Part shown: positions 46,564-56,095 of the stretch, piece by piece
How the letters are laid out: the number at the start of each line of letters is the position of its first letter
How positions within the stretch are numbered: the stretch's first letter is position 1
DNA from: Vulcanimicrobiota bacterium
Lineage (GTDB): Bacteria > Vulcanimicrobiota > Xenobia > Xenobiales > JADMJV01
Length of the DNA: 64,000 bases
Assembly: GCA_050250895.1 (NCBI GenBank)
Contig: JBFWNU010000001.1
Location: 3,347,557 to 3,411,556 of the forward strand
Direction of reading: 5' to 3'
Position numbers and translations under genes: made by a program
The notes under the pieces: generated by a model
Databases searched by the model: none
What the model was told of the DNA's origin: nothing
The model's input: only the letters and a program-made list of their open reading frames with translations

Positions 46564-48675
46564 ATGCGTTCCCAGGCTCCCCGGATACCGGGGGTGGAGC
46601 TGCTCGATGAGTTAGGGGCGGGGGCTCGCAACCTGGTCTTTCGCGGGCGCCGCCGCGGCCGGGAGGCGGCCATCAAGCTTCCCCGGCGACGCCATGAGCC
46701 CGAGCAGACCTACGAGGAGTATCGCCGCGAGGCCGGCCTTCAGGCCCGCGTGCGAGGGGCCGGTCTGCCCGAGGTTTACGAGGTGGGACGCAGCGGGGCC
46801 ACTCCATTCCTGGTGAGCGAGTTTGTCGAGGGCGTCTCCCTGGCGGAAAAGCTCAAGAGTGGTCCGCTCTCTAGCGAGCAAGTGCGGCGCCTGGCGATGG
46901 AATTGGCCCAAACCCTGGGGGTTGTCCACGAGCGCGGGCTGGTCCATCGCGACGTCAAGCCCTCCAACGTCATGTTGACCCCTGAGGGTCGGGCCCGCCT
47001 GATCGATTTTGGATTGGCCAGCCGCTCCTATTTGCAAGAGCACGGCACTCTCACCGGTACTTTCCTCTACGCCGCCCCCGAGCAGACCGGCATGCTCTGC
47101 CGGGCCGTCGATGGCCGAGCCGATCTCTACTCCTTGGGAGCCTTGCTCTTCGAATGTCTTACCGGGGCACCGCCCTTCAAGGCCAACGATGCGGCCGAAC
47201 TCATCCGGCTGCACGCGGTAGCGCCGGTGCCGCCTTTGAGCAGTCTTTGTGCGGCCCCGGCCGACCTGGTGACCATCGTCGAGAAGCTGCTGGCCAAAGA
47301 TCCCGACGATCGGTTCGAGAACGCCTGGAAGTTGCTGAACTCGCTGGGGGTGCTGGCCGAGGTACCCATCGAGAGTGTCTTTCTGGGCAGAGATCAAGAG
47401 CTCGCTCGGCTCGAAAAGGAGTGGGGTCGCGCCCTGGAGGGTCGAGGCCGGATGGGCGTGATCGCTGGCGAGTCAGGTTGCGGCAAAACGATGTTGGTCG
47501 AGACCTTCGCGCGTGGATGCAGCCGCCACCTGGTGCTGCGGGGCAAGTGCGATCCCACCCGTACCAACCCGTTTGCTCTCTTGCTCGAACTCTTTTCGGA
47601 TCTGCCCCAGACACCCGAAGTGGCCCGGGCCGCGGGCGAGAGCGCGCGACTGCTGGCCGGCTTCTCGCCGCGGTTGGCCTGGCTCGAGCCCGACGGCCAG
47701 GCCCCTGGCGAAGTGGACCCGGCCCAGTATTATCAGGTGTTGACCGATTTTTGGCTAGCCCTGGCCCGCCAGCCTCTGCTGGTGGTGATCGACGATCTCC
47801 AGTGGCTGGACCCGTCGAGCGCGCAGATCCTCAAGCGGGTGATGGAAAGCCTGGCTCGCACTCGCTGCCTGCTGCTGGCTACCCACCGCAACCCGGAGTC
47901 GAGCGAATTCGAGAATCTCGTCCTCTGTCGCCTGGCTCCTTTGACGGCGAGCCAGACCGAGCAACTGGTGACCGAATTGCTCGGGGCGCCACCTGAAGCA
48001 AATCTGATCGAGCAGGTCATTTTGGCCGCCGGTGGCAACCCGCTGGCCACCGTGGCTACAGTCGAGGCCGCGCTCGACGCGGGCGTTTTCGTGCCGCATT
48101 GGGGCGGCTGGCGAGTCGAGAGCGAGGGACTGACAGCGCTGGAGCTGTCGGGCGACGTGATGGAGTTGGTCCTGCGCCGGCTCGACCACCTTGCTCCCGA
48201 GCAGCGTCGGGTGCTCGAGGCGGCCGCGGTTTTGGGCCTGCGCTTCGAGTCCGGACTGTTGCGAGAAGTCACCCGTTGTGCCGAAGAAGAGCTGTACACC
48301 GTGCTGGCCGAGGCCTGTCGATTGAGGCTGCTAGAAGCGCATCCGGGTGGAATTTATCGGTTCGTGCATGATCGCGTTCGCGAGGCTCTATCTGGCCTCG
48401 ACGAGGAGCTTCGACGAGAGCTTCACCTACGGGCGGCGCGAGCGCTGGCCGACCAGCCCGCCAATCTTTTCGCCCGGGCCGAACACTACTGGTCGGCCAC
48501 CGCCGGGCAGCCAGACGCGGCCACCGCCCAGGCGTGCGAGCAGGCCGCGAGTCTGGCCCTGGAGCGAGCCGCAGCCGACGAAGCCTATCTGTTTTTTACG
48601 CGCGCCGAGAGCAGCCGTCCCCCGGGCATCGAGGTAACGGCCGCCTATCAGCAGTCCTTTGGCGAAGCTTGCTAA
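46564..48675 (+). CDS. N-terminal part of a Ser/Thr kinase-AAA ATPase-GAF-GGDEF protein (kinase and P-loop ATPase)
   Basis: HRDVKPSN, DFG, YAAPE; FLGRDQEL; Walker A GESGCGKT; IDDLQWLD; GGNPL; YRFVHDRVRE. Ends at an in-frame TAA at 48673-48675. Confidence 0.88.
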   Translation: MRSQAPRIPGVELLDELGAGARNLVFRGRRRGREAAIKLPRRRHEPEQTYEEYRREAGLQARVRGAGLPEVYEVGRSGATPFLVSEFVEGVSLAEKLKSGPLSSEQVRRLAMELAQTLGVVHERGLVHRDVKPSNVMLTPEGRARLIDFGLASRSYLQEHGTLTGTFLYAAPEQTGMLCRAVDGRADLYSLGALLFECLTGAPPFKANDAAELIRLHAVAPVPPLSSLCAAPADLVTIVEKLLAKDPDDRFENAWKLLNSLGVLAEVPIESVFLGRDQELARLEKEWGRALEGRGRMGVIAGESGCGKTMLVETFARGCSRHLVLRGKCDPTRTNPFALLLELFSDLPQTPEVARAAGESARLLAGFSPRLAWLEPDGQAPGEVDPAQYYQVLTDFWLALARQPLLVVIDDLQWLDPSSAQILKRVMESLARTRCLLLATHRNPESSEFENLVLCRLAPLTASQTEQLVTELLGAPPEANLIEQVILAAGGNPLATVATVEAALDAGVFVPHWGGWRVESEGLTALELSGDVMELVLRRLDHLAPEQRRVLEAAAVLGLRFESGLLREVTRCAEEELYTVLAEACRLRLLEAHPGGIYRFVHDRVREALSGLDEELRRELHLRAARALADQPANLFARAEHYWSATAGQPDAATAQACEQAASLALERAAADEAYLFFTRAESSRPPGIEVTAAYQQSFGEAC

Positions 48676-48699
48676 CGGTCGGGTCACTTTCAGGAGGGG

Positions 48700-51510
48700 A
48701 TGCGACGCCTGAGCGCGGCCCTGGAAAAATCCCAGGACCCCCTCTCTCGAGCCGAGACCCACCGCCAGCTGGCCCTGCTCAACGTCACCTTTGGCGACAG
48801 CACTCGAGCCGTGGCTCATCTGCGCTCGGCCTTTGCCGAGCTGGGTATTCGCAAGGCCGCCAGTCCCTTCGGGCGAGCCCTTTCTTCGGTTGGTCATCTG
48901 CTCGGCTTCGGGGCGAACCGGGTGCCGGCCGAAGCGGGCATTCGCCTGGCCGTGGTGGCTTGCCGGGCTTGCCTGGCCGAAGGCCATGTGGGGGAGGCGA
49001 TCGAGGCCCTGGCGGTGGGCACGAAACTAGCTCGTCGCGTCGAGCTTTGCCCCTCGCTGGTGCTGCTCACCAGCATGCAGGCCGTGGCTCTGGCCGGGGG
49101 CGGCTGGTTGGGTGCCGCCGAGCGGCGCCAGGCTCAGGCCGAGCGAATGGCCGAGCAATTGGGCGACCCCAGTGTGCAGGCGCAGCTGGGGCTGACCCGC
49201 ACTTTCTACCTCCGCACCCGCGGCGATGAAGTCGCGGCCGCCGCCAACAGCGAAGAGTGTCTGTTGGAACGAGGGGCCTGGCTGGCCACCCCCGACTATC
49301 TCTTGATGTGCGGCGATCTGGCCCACAACCTGCACTTTCGCGGCTTGCCCGGACCCTCGCGCGACTGGTTGGATTTCAGCGTGAAGAGAGCTCGCCACGA
49401 GAACTATCCTTTCACCGTCATCGGCCCCATCGCGCCCACCATGGCCATGCTCGGGCGTCCGGCCGAGGCCCGCGACCAGCTCGAGCGGAACAACCCGCCC
49501 GCCGATGCTTCTCCGTTGCGTTTGGCCACCCATCTCGAGGCGAGATTGCACCTGCTGTTGGAGAGCGGTGAACTCGGCCAGGAAGCCGACCGCATCATCG
49601 AAGAGTTCGATAACCTGGGGCTCTACATCCAGACCGCCCCCATCCAGGTGCGAGCCTTCTTCATTCTGGAAGGGTATGCTAGGCTGCGGCAGAGCGAGGC
49701 GGGTCCGATTCGCCATCAAGAACTCAAGAAGGCCTTGGGCCGGCTGGCGCGGGATCGCAAATTGCCTCTCTTCCGGGCCAGTCATGACGCGATCGAGGCG
49801 GGTTATGAGCGTCTCTGCGGCCGGCTTGGGCGAGCCGAGCGGCTGCTGATCAAAGCTGACGAGCTGGCCCGGCGCCACGACAACCTGGTGGTGCGCGTCG
49901 AAGTGGCCCGTCAGCGCGCCTGGATTCTTCAAGCTCGAGGCCACCAGCAAGCCGCCTGGCGAGAGGCCCGTCTGGCCGCTTCGATGGCCGCCGAGGTCGG
50001 TTGGCTGTCGGCGGCCCAGACGCTCGAGCGACAGTTCGGATTAGAACGCCGTTCTGCAAGCTTCGACAGCTCCGGCTCGGGGTCGTCCCAGAGTGCCATG
50101 ACCCTCCGGCTGCAACGCCATCTGGAGGCTTTGCTCGAGGTGACCTCGGCGGCTCATCAAACCTTCGATCCGGTGGCGCTCGGGCAGCTGATGCTCAAAG
50201 AGTTGCTGCGCCTGTTCGGAGCCGAGCGGGCCTATCTTTTTCTCGACGAACGGGGCCAGTTGACGTTTCAGGCCGGTCTTTCCTCGGCGGGGCAAACCTT
50301 GGAGGCCGGCGGTGACTACAGCCGCACCGTCATCGAGCGGGTGGCCCGCACCGGCGAGCCGCTGCTGCTGAGCGGCACCGACGAGGGCGAAGTGCTGGGC
50401 TCGGCCAGCGTAGTGGCCCACGACCTGCGCAGCATTGTGGCCGTGCCCCTGGCTTTGCGCGATCGTTCGCTGGGTGTGGTCTATCTTGATAGCCGCCTGG
50501 CTCGGGGCGTGTTCGGGCCCGATGACGTCAGCATCTTGCAGGCCCTGGCCTATCAGGTGGCCGTCACTCTCGAGATGGCCCGATCGGCCAGCCTGGAAGT
50601 GCAGGTGCGGGCCGAGCGCGAGCAACGTCGCCTGGCCGAGCAGTTGAGCGAGTTCATCGGCACCATCCTTCCGCTTTTGGAGCAAGAGGCAATCCTCGCT
50701 TGCACTCTGGATCTGCTCGAATCGCTCACCGGCTATGAGTCGGCCTATGTGATGTTGGCAACGGCCGGCCAGTTCGAGGCGGGACCGGTTCGCGGCCAGC
50801 CTGTCTCGAGCCTCGAGGGCGCACCTCTCGAGTTGGTGGGCGAGGGTGTCTCGCTTTTCTCTGCCTGGCTCAAAGGCGGTCGTAGCCGCCTGGGAATGGT
50901 GGTGCTCGAGCGGGCCAGTGACCGCCCCTTCACTCGGCGGGAACAAGAGTTGACCCTGGCCTGTTTGGGCTACGCCGGCATGGCCATCGAGAACGCCAGG
51001 CTGTTCGCCGACGTCGAACGGCTGGCCACCACCGACGAGTTGACCGGGGCCAACAATCGGCGCCACTTTTTCGCTCGAGCCGAAGAGGAGTTCCGGCGCG
51101 CCGACCGATTGGGCCATAGCCTCTGTCTGGCTCTGTTCGACATCGACCACTTCAAGAAGTTCAACGATACCTACGGCCACGCGGTGGGCGACCTGGTCTT
51201 GAGCACCACCTCGAAGCGCTGCCAGGCTTGTTTGCGTAGCATCGACATCATGGGTCGGTATGGTGGTGAGGAGTTCGCCGTGGTATTGGTGGGCACCGGG
51301 CTAGACGACGCCGTGGCCACGGCCGACCGCTTGCGCAGAGCGGTTGGCGACGAACCGTTCGACACTCCTCACGGCCCGTTACAGGTGAGCATCAGCCTGG
51401 GCGTGGCTCTACGCGGCTCGGATGAGGCCGTGGAGACGGTGCTGGAACGAGCCGACCAGGCCCTCTATCGGGCTAAGGATGCGGGGCGGAATCGCGTCGA
51501 GCGCGGCTAG
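48700..51510 (+). CDS. C-terminal part of the same protein: helical repeats, GAF domains and GGDEF diguanylate cyclase
   Basis: Same frame as the upstream ORF, ATG 25 nt after the TAA. LRSIVAVPL..RDRSLGVVYLD (GAF); TDELTGANNRR, FDIDHFKKFNDTYGHAVGD, RSID I-site, RYGGEEF. Confidence 0.9.
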   Translation: MRRLSAALEKSQDPLSRAETHRQLALLNVTFGDSTRAVAHLRSAFAELGIRKAASPFGRALSSVGHLLGFGANRVPAEAGIRLAVVACRACLAEGHVGEAIEALAVGTKLARRVELCPSLVLLTSMQAVALAGGGWLGAAERRQAQAERMAEQLGDPSVQAQLGLTRTFYLRTRGDEVAAAANSEECLLERGAWLATPDYLLMCGDLAHNLHFRGLPGPSRDWLDFSVKRARHENYPFTVIGPIAPTMAMLGRPAEARDQLERNNPPADASPLRLATHLEARLHLLLESGELGQEADRIIEEFDNLGLYIQTAPIQVRAFFILEGYARLRQSEAGPIRHQELKKALGRLARDRKLPLFRASHDAIEAGYERLCGRLGRAERLLIKADELARRHDNLVVRVEVARQRAWILQARGHQQAAWREARLAASMAAEVGWLSAAQTLERQFGLERRSASFDSSGSGSSQSAMTLRLQRHLEALLEVTSAAHQTFDPVALGQLMLKELLRLFGAERAYLFLDERGQLTFQAGLSSAGQTLEAGGDYSRTVIERVARTGEPLLLSGTDEGEVLGSASVVAHDLRSIVAVPLALRDRSLGVVYLDSRLARGVFGPDDVSILQALAYQVAVTLEMARSASLEVQVRAEREQRRLAEQLSEFIGTILPLLEQEAILACTLDLLESLTGYESAYVMLATAGQFEAGPVRGQPVSSLEGAPLELVGEGVSLFSAWLKGGRSRLGMVVLERASDRPFTRREQELTLACLGYAGMAIENARLFADVERLATTDELTGANNRRHFFARAEEEFRRADRLGHSLCLALFDIDHFKKFNDTYGHAVGDLVLSTTSKRCQACLRSIDIMGRYGGEEFAVVLVGTGLDDAVATADRLRRAVGDEPFDTPHGPLQVSISLGVALRGSDEAVETVLERADQALYRAKDAGRNRVERG

Positions 51511-52294
51511 CCGACCACTGGTCGATCATCACCAGCGTGGCCAGCCAGGCCATGCCCGTGGCCCAGCCGGCGGCCACATCCGAAGGGTAGTGAACCCCCA
51601 GCACCAGACGGCTGGTTCCCACAAAACAACCCACGCTCACCAGAACGGTCGACAGAGCCATCCAGCGCTCGCGAAGACGGCTGCGTAGCAGGTAGGCCAG
51701 CAGCCCATAGATGAGAATCGAGGCCGCCGCATGCCCGCTGGGAAAACTGAAGTTCGACTCGGTCAGCAGGGGCTGATCGAATTGGGGTCGCTCGCGCTGA
51801 TAGATCATCTTGAGCACCTGCACCAACAGGCCGTTGCCGAGCAGTCCGACCACCCACAGGGTCAGGGCCCGTTTGTGCTTGGTAAACAGGAAGAACAAAC
51901 CCACCCCGAAGCCCAGCAGATAGCTCATCTCGCGTCCCGCCAGGAAGGTTACCACCCGAAAAAAGTGGACCTCGAAGGGGCTGGCCTGGTGATGAGCCGC
52001 GTGTACGAAGGCCAGATCCCAATCGTCCACCCACTCACCCTCGGTGACCCAGTCGGCCAGGTGTAGAAAGGCCGAACTGGCCAGAAACAGACCCAGCAGA
52101 GCCAGGCCCGAAGCGGTTAACAGGCGTTTCAAGACAGGCTGCAGTACTTTTGGAGCCTGCCAACTCTCCAGGCGGGGCCAGATGCTGGTCAGCAGGCGAT
52201 AGGCCGAGAAAATGACCAGAAGCAGCATCAGGGTCATCAGCAGAGCGGTCTCGAAAGGGTGCCCCCCCAGCAGTTTGGCTAGATCCTCTATCAT
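51473..52294 (-). CDS. PAP2 family membrane phosphatase
   Basis: K..YQRERP, SFPSGH and SRLVLGVHYPSDV motifs. Start ATG 52294 overlaps the upstream stop. Confidence 0.92.
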   Translation of the reverse strand: MIEDLAKLLGGHPFETALLMTLMLLLVIFSAYRLLTSIWPRLESWQAPKVLQPVLKRLLTASGLALLGLFLASSAFLHLADWVTEGEWVDDWDLAFVHAAHHQASPFEVHFFRVVTFLAGREMSYLLGFGVGLFFLFTKHKRALTLWVVGLLGNGLLVQVLKMIYQRERPQFDQPLLTESNFSFPSGHAAASILIYGLLAYLLRSRLRERWMALSTVLVSVGCFVGTSRLVLGVHYPSDVAAGWATGMAWLATLVMIDQWSASRARRDSAPHP

Positions 52295-53235
52295 GCGGCG
52301 CGTGCCTGTTCCTGTTGAGGCTCCGCTTGGCGAACTCCCTGCCACAGGGTGTGATAGATGATCAGCCCATAGACAGCCGGGAGGATGACGTCGACCACTC
52401 GAAAGACGGCCGTGGCCACGGCAGCCTGGTTGAGAGACAAGGAGGTCTTTTGAGCCATGAAGGCGACCATCCCGGCCTCGGTCACGCCAGCCCCGGCCGG
52501 CAGAGGAGAAAGCCGTCCCAGCAGGGTGGGAATCACGAAGGCCGCGGCCAGCGGCCACGGCTCGAAGGGCAAGTCGAGCGCGTAGACCACCAGAAATAGG
52601 TTACCCACGCTGGTCAGGTTGGCGAGCGTGGTCCAGAAAAGGGACCAGCCCAGCACTCTACGGTCCCACAGCAGGGCCATGGCTTCGAAGAAGTTGTTGC
52701 AGCGATCCTCGGGCAGGACCTTGCGCAGGCCACCTTTGATCCAGGCTCGACTCTTCTCGATGGCCAGCACGGTGATGAGGGCGAGCAACAGCAGGCTCAA
52801 GACCACCGCCGGGATGCGAAGCTGGGGATACCAGTAGCAGAGCACGATTCCGGTCACCAACAAAAAGAACTGGTCGAGCCCGCTGTTGGCCAGTACGGGG
52901 CCAGCGGTTTTCTCGACCGGCACGCCCAGCTGGCTCATGGTGGCCGCGCGAAAAGCCACCCCACCGGGCAGCAGGCTGGCGGCCTGGCTGCCGGCATAAC
53001 CCCACAACACCGAACGCCTGTCGACTTCGGTGACGGCCTCCATCAGGATGCAGAACCGGGCCGCCTTGGCCAACAGATAGACGGCCGATAGGAAGACCAT
53101 CAAGCCCAGGCTAGACCAGCTGAAGTGCTGCCAGGCCGAGCGCATCGCCTGGGCGTCGAGATACTTGAACCCGGCCACGAAGACACCCACCAGGGTCAAC
53201 ACCGATAGAACGCGATTGAGGGTAGTGGTGTTCAT
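52291..53235 (-). CDS. Lysylphosphatidylglycerol-synthase TM domain (UPF0104, flippase-like) protein
   Basis: Multi-TM; KAARF, LLPGG, PLPAGAGVTEAGM, FRVV. Start ATG 53235. Confidence 0.85.
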   Translation of the reverse strand: MNTTTLNRVLSVLTLVGVFVAGFKYLDAQAMRSAWQHFSWSSLGLMVFLSAVYLLAKAARFCILMEAVTEVDRRSVLWGYAGSQAASLLPGGVAFRAATMSQLGVPVEKTAGPVLANSGLDQFFLLVTGIVLCYWYPQLRIPAVVLSLLLLALITVLAIEKSRAWIKGGLRKVLPEDRCNNFFEAMALLWDRRVLGWSLFWTTLANLTSVGNLFLVVYALDLPFEPWPLAAAFVIPTLLGRLSPLPAGAGVTEAGMVAFMAQKTSLSLNQAAVATAVFRVVDVILPAVYGLIIYHTLWQGVRQAEPQQEQARAA

Positions 53236-54137
53236 CGCTCCTCCGGCAGCCACAGTTCCAGGGCGGCGGGCAAGACGTCGACCGTCACCCACAGGCCCCC
53301 ATTGGGGTCCTCGGGTAGTTGCCAAAACTCGGCGTCGTGGTGGATCGGAAAGCCGTTCCACAAGAATTCGAGTTGGCTCACCGAGTCGCTGCGGACACTC
53401 TCACATTGAGGAGTCTCGTCGGCCGCCAGGGCCCGTAAATAGGTCAGATACGACTCGCGTTCAGACTCTTTCACCCGGATGATCTCCAGGCGACCGTCGT
53501 CAATTTTTGCATGCGGAGCCAGACCCAACCGGGGACCCACGGCGTTGGTATTCATAGCCTCGAGCAACAGGTACGGGCCTTCCTCTTCCCGGCCGTCCAG
53601 GCGAATACGCTGGCAGCTGGACGGGGATTCGAGCAAGACTTCGGCCAGGGTAGCCGCCCCCCGCAGAACGCTCTTGCCATTGTCAGGGCGATAGCGCGAG
53701 AGCGACTCGGCGTAAAGACCGAAGCCGCCGCCTTCGAGGAAAAAGCAGTCCCCCCAGGGAGCCTGAATGCGCCCCACATCCATCGGTTGGCGGCGCGGGT
53801 TGGCCAGACCGGCCAGCACTTCAAATGGGTCGCCCATCACTCCCAGGGCATGCCCGACATTGTTGGCCGTGCCGTTGGGGACGAGCGCCAGCGGGATCTT
53901 CTTGCCGATGAGTCGGGTGGCTACCGCCCGCAGCGTCCCGTCGCCCCCTACCGCGACCACCAGACCCTTGGCTTCGGGCAGGATCTGGTCGAGGTCGTGT
54001 TCGGTGCGAGTGGCTCGGTAGACGGGCTCAAAGCCTGCCTTCTCCAGAGCCTGCTGATATTGCTTGGATTGGTCTTCGGCGCTTCCGCCAGCGTTCGGGT
54101 TATAGATCAGCAAAGCTTCCTTGGGGGTGGTAGGCAA
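53232..54137 (-). CDS. Diacylglycerol/lipid kinase family protein
   Basis: IYNPNAG, GGDGT, PNGTANN, AKIDDGRLE. Confidence 0.92.
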   Translation of the reverse strand: MPTTPKEALLIYNPNAGGSAEDQSKQYQQALEKAGFEPVYRATRTEHDLDQILPEAKGLVVAVGGDGTLRAVATRLIGKKIPLALVPNGTANNVGHALGVMGDPFEVLAGLANPRRQPMDVGRIQAPWGDCFFLEGGGFGLYAESLSRYRPDNGKSVLRGAATLAEVLLESPSSCQRIRLDGREEEGPYLLLEAMNTNAVGPRLGLAPHAKIDDGRLEIIRVKESERESYLTYLRALAADETPQCESVRSDSVSQLEFLWNGFPIHHDAEFWQLPEDPNGGLWVTVDVLPAALELWLPEER

Positions 54138-54231
54138 CTCGATATCCTCGCATCAAAGGTTCTCTACTCAGGCTACCTGGACGGGCCCCCTTCGACTATA
54201 CCCAGCGGGTGAATGCCCCCCCATCCTGGTG

Positions 54232-54261
54232 GAGAGCCCCGGCTGTTACACCGGGGCTCTC
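54232..54261. terminator. GC-rich hairpin downstream of sodA (possible terminator or mRNA-stability element)
   Basis: GAGAGCCCCGG-N8-CCGGGGCTCTC, 11-bp perfect stem, no clear U-tract. Confidence 0.5.
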
Positions 54262-54282
54262 TGGGCCTTTGACGGAACTTGA

Positions 54283-54903
54283 TCAGGCTTCGACAAAGCG
54301 CTTTGCGACTTCTGTCCAGTTGATGATCTTGAAAAACGCGTCGACATAGTCGGCGCGACGGTTCTGGTAGTTGAGATAGTAGGCGTGCTCCCACACGTCG
54401 ACGCCGAGCAGGGGAATGTGACCCTTCATATGGGGGCTATCCTGATTGGGAGTCGAGTGGATCTTCAACTCGCCAGCGGCCAGACACAGCCAGGCCCAAC
54501 CGCTGCCGAACTGTCCGGTGGCGGCTTCTTTGAACTTCTTCTGAAAACCCTCGAGGTCGCCGAAGTGCTTTTTGATGGCTTGAGCCAGGGCTCCACCGGG
54601 TTTGCTTTCGCCGCCCGGAGCGATGACGTTCCAGAAGAGCGAGTGGTTGGCGTGACCGCCGCCGTTGTTGCGAACGGCTTCGCGGATATCCTCGGGGATA
54701 CTGCCGATGTTGCGTAGCAGTTCTTCGACGGTGCGGCCCTGCAGGTCCGAGTGGCCTTCGAGGGCTTTGTTGAGTTTATCGACATAACCCTGATGGTGCT
54801 TGGTGTGGTGAATCTTCATGGTGGCCGCATCGATCACGGGTTCGAGAGCAGCGTAGTCGTAGCCGAGAGCAGGCAATTGAAACTTGGTTTTAGTGGTACT
54901 CAT
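54283..54903 (-). CDS. sodA: Superoxide dismutase, Fe/Mn family (Mn-type signature)
   Basis: HHTKHH, NNGGGHANHSLFW (Mn-type GGGH), FGSGWAWL, NQDSP, DVWEHAYY; AAGGAG SD upstream. Confidence 0.95.
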   Translation of the reverse strand: MSTTKTKFQLPALGYDYAALEPVIDAATMKIHHTKHHQGYVDKLNKALEGHSDLQGRTVEELLRNIGSIPEDIREAVRNNGGGHANHSLFWNVIAPGGESKPGGALAQAIKKHFGDLEGFQKKFKEAATGQFGSGWAWLCLAAGELKIHSTPNQDSPHMKGHIPLLGVDVWEHAYYLNYQNRRADYVDAFFKIINWTEVAKRFVEA

Positions 54904-55001
54904 GGGGTCCACTCCTTTCTAGGTGTACCCGATTATCCTAGCGGCGCGCCGGGGATAGGGTCTTGACCCACTCGGATAGCCCCCCTCCCCGCTACCGGAT
55001 A

Positions 55002-55169
55002 TCACGGGCAGCCGGCCGGTGTGCGGAGCGGTCTGACACTGGCCACGAGGTCGGGCTGGTTCACGCGCGCGTTGGCGAGTTCGCCTTTTCGCTCGATGGC
55101 GTAGCCGATGAGGGCCAGCACGAAGAGGTAGAAGACGGCTAGTCCGGCCGAGGCGGTGATAACTAACAT
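55002..55169 (-). CDS. Small single-TM membrane protein (55 aa)
   Basis: Perfect AAGGAGG SD before ATG 55169; MLVITASAGLAVFYLFVLALIGYAIERK. Confidence 0.6.
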   Translation of the reverse strand: MLVITASAGLAVFYLFVLALIGYAIERKGELANARVNQPDLVASVRPLRTPAGCP

Positions 55170-55183
55170 GACAACCTCCTTGA

Positions 55184-55209
55184 GGGGGCCGACCCGCGGG
55201 TCGGCCCCC
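55184..55209. repeat. Perfect 26-bp palindrome GGGGGCCGACCCGCGGGTCGGCCCCC
   Basis: Read directly; lies between the SDR stop and the SD of the small ORF. Confidence 0.85.
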
Positions 55210-55215
55210 AATCTT

Positions 55216-55965
55216 CTAAACTTGAGTGAGTCCGCCGTCGGCCACCAGCTCGGCGCCCACCACGAACGAAGAGTCGCTGCTAGCTAGGAACAAAGCGGCG
55301 GAGGCCAGCTCTTCAGGGCGGCCGAAGCGCTTGAGGGGAATCTCTTGCACGACCTGCTGTTGCCAGGCTTCTTGTTCCTGCTGGCTCAGTCCGATAGTCT
55401 CGAAGATGGGCGTGGCCACCGGGCCCGGGCTGATGGCGTTGACCCGGATGCCGCGGCCGATCAGCTCGGCCGAAAGGGTTCGAGCCAGTGATCTGAGGGC
55501 GGCTTTCGAGGCCGAATAGACGCTGGTGTTGGGCATGCCCGACTGGTTGGCCACCGAGGTGTTGAGCACGATCGAGGCTCCGTCGGCCAGGTACGGAAGG
55601 GCCTTCTGAATGGCGAAGTAAGGGCCTTTGAAGTTGACCTGCAAGAGGTGGTCAAAGTGGGCCTCGTCGACCTGGTCGATGGGGGCGAAGGCAGCCACGC
55701 CCGCGTTGAGGAAGAGCACGTCGACTTTGCCCCAGGCCCGGTCGACCTGGGAGAAAAGCTGGGTGAGATGTTGGGGGTCCGAGATATCCCCCTGAATGGC
55801 CAGGACCTGGTCGCCCAACTCGCCAGCGGCCTGGTCGAGCACTTCCTGGCGGCGCCCGGTGATGGCCACGCGGGCCCCTTCTTTAAGGAAGAGCCTGGCG
55901 GCGGCCAGGCCGATGCCGCTACTGCCTCCGGTGATGACTGCAACTTTGTTTTCAAGTCTACTCAT
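55216..55965 (-). CDS. SDR family oxidoreductase
   Basis: TGGSSGIG, NAG, YSASK (YxxxK), IRVNAISPG, DGG. Start ATG 55965. Confidence 0.95.
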   Translation of the reverse strand: MSRLENKVAVITGGSSGIGLAAARLFLKEGARVAITGRRQEVLDQAAGELGDQVLAIQGDISDPQHLTQLFSQVDRAWGKVDVLFLNAGVAAFAPIDQVDEAHFDHLLQVNFKGPYFAIQKALPYLADGASIVLNTSVANQSGMPNTSVYSASKAALRSLARTLSAELIGRGIRVNAISPGPVATPIFETIGLSQQEQEAWQQQVVQEIPLKRFGRPEELASAALFLASSDSSFVVGAELVADGGLTQV

Positions 55966-56012
55966 TTGGGAATCCTTTCGGGACGGGTTTCGATAGACGC
56001 ATTCAATCATAG

Positions 56013-56028
56013 TTGACCGGTCGGTAAA
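56013..56028. promoter_or_regulatory. Putative TetR-family operator TTGACCGGTCGGTAAA upstream of the SDR
   Basis: Imperfect inverted repeat resembling TAGACC-N4-GGTCTA-type TetR boxes that commonly precede oxidoreductases. Confidence 0.45.
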
Positions 56029-56047
56029 GTGATGTCCGTCACCGTTG

Positions 56048-56089
56048 TGTCAGGTCTGTCTTGACAGTCTCCGGGTCTGGCGCTAGCAT
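56048..56089 (+). promoter_or_regulatory. sigma70 promoter TTGACA-N17-TAGCAT with an inverted repeat TGTCAGG-N5-CTTGACA overlapping the -35
   Basis: -35 at 56061-56066, -10 at 56084-56089; predicted +1 falls on the A of ATG 56096. Confidence 0.7.
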
Positions 56090-56095
56090 CGAGAG

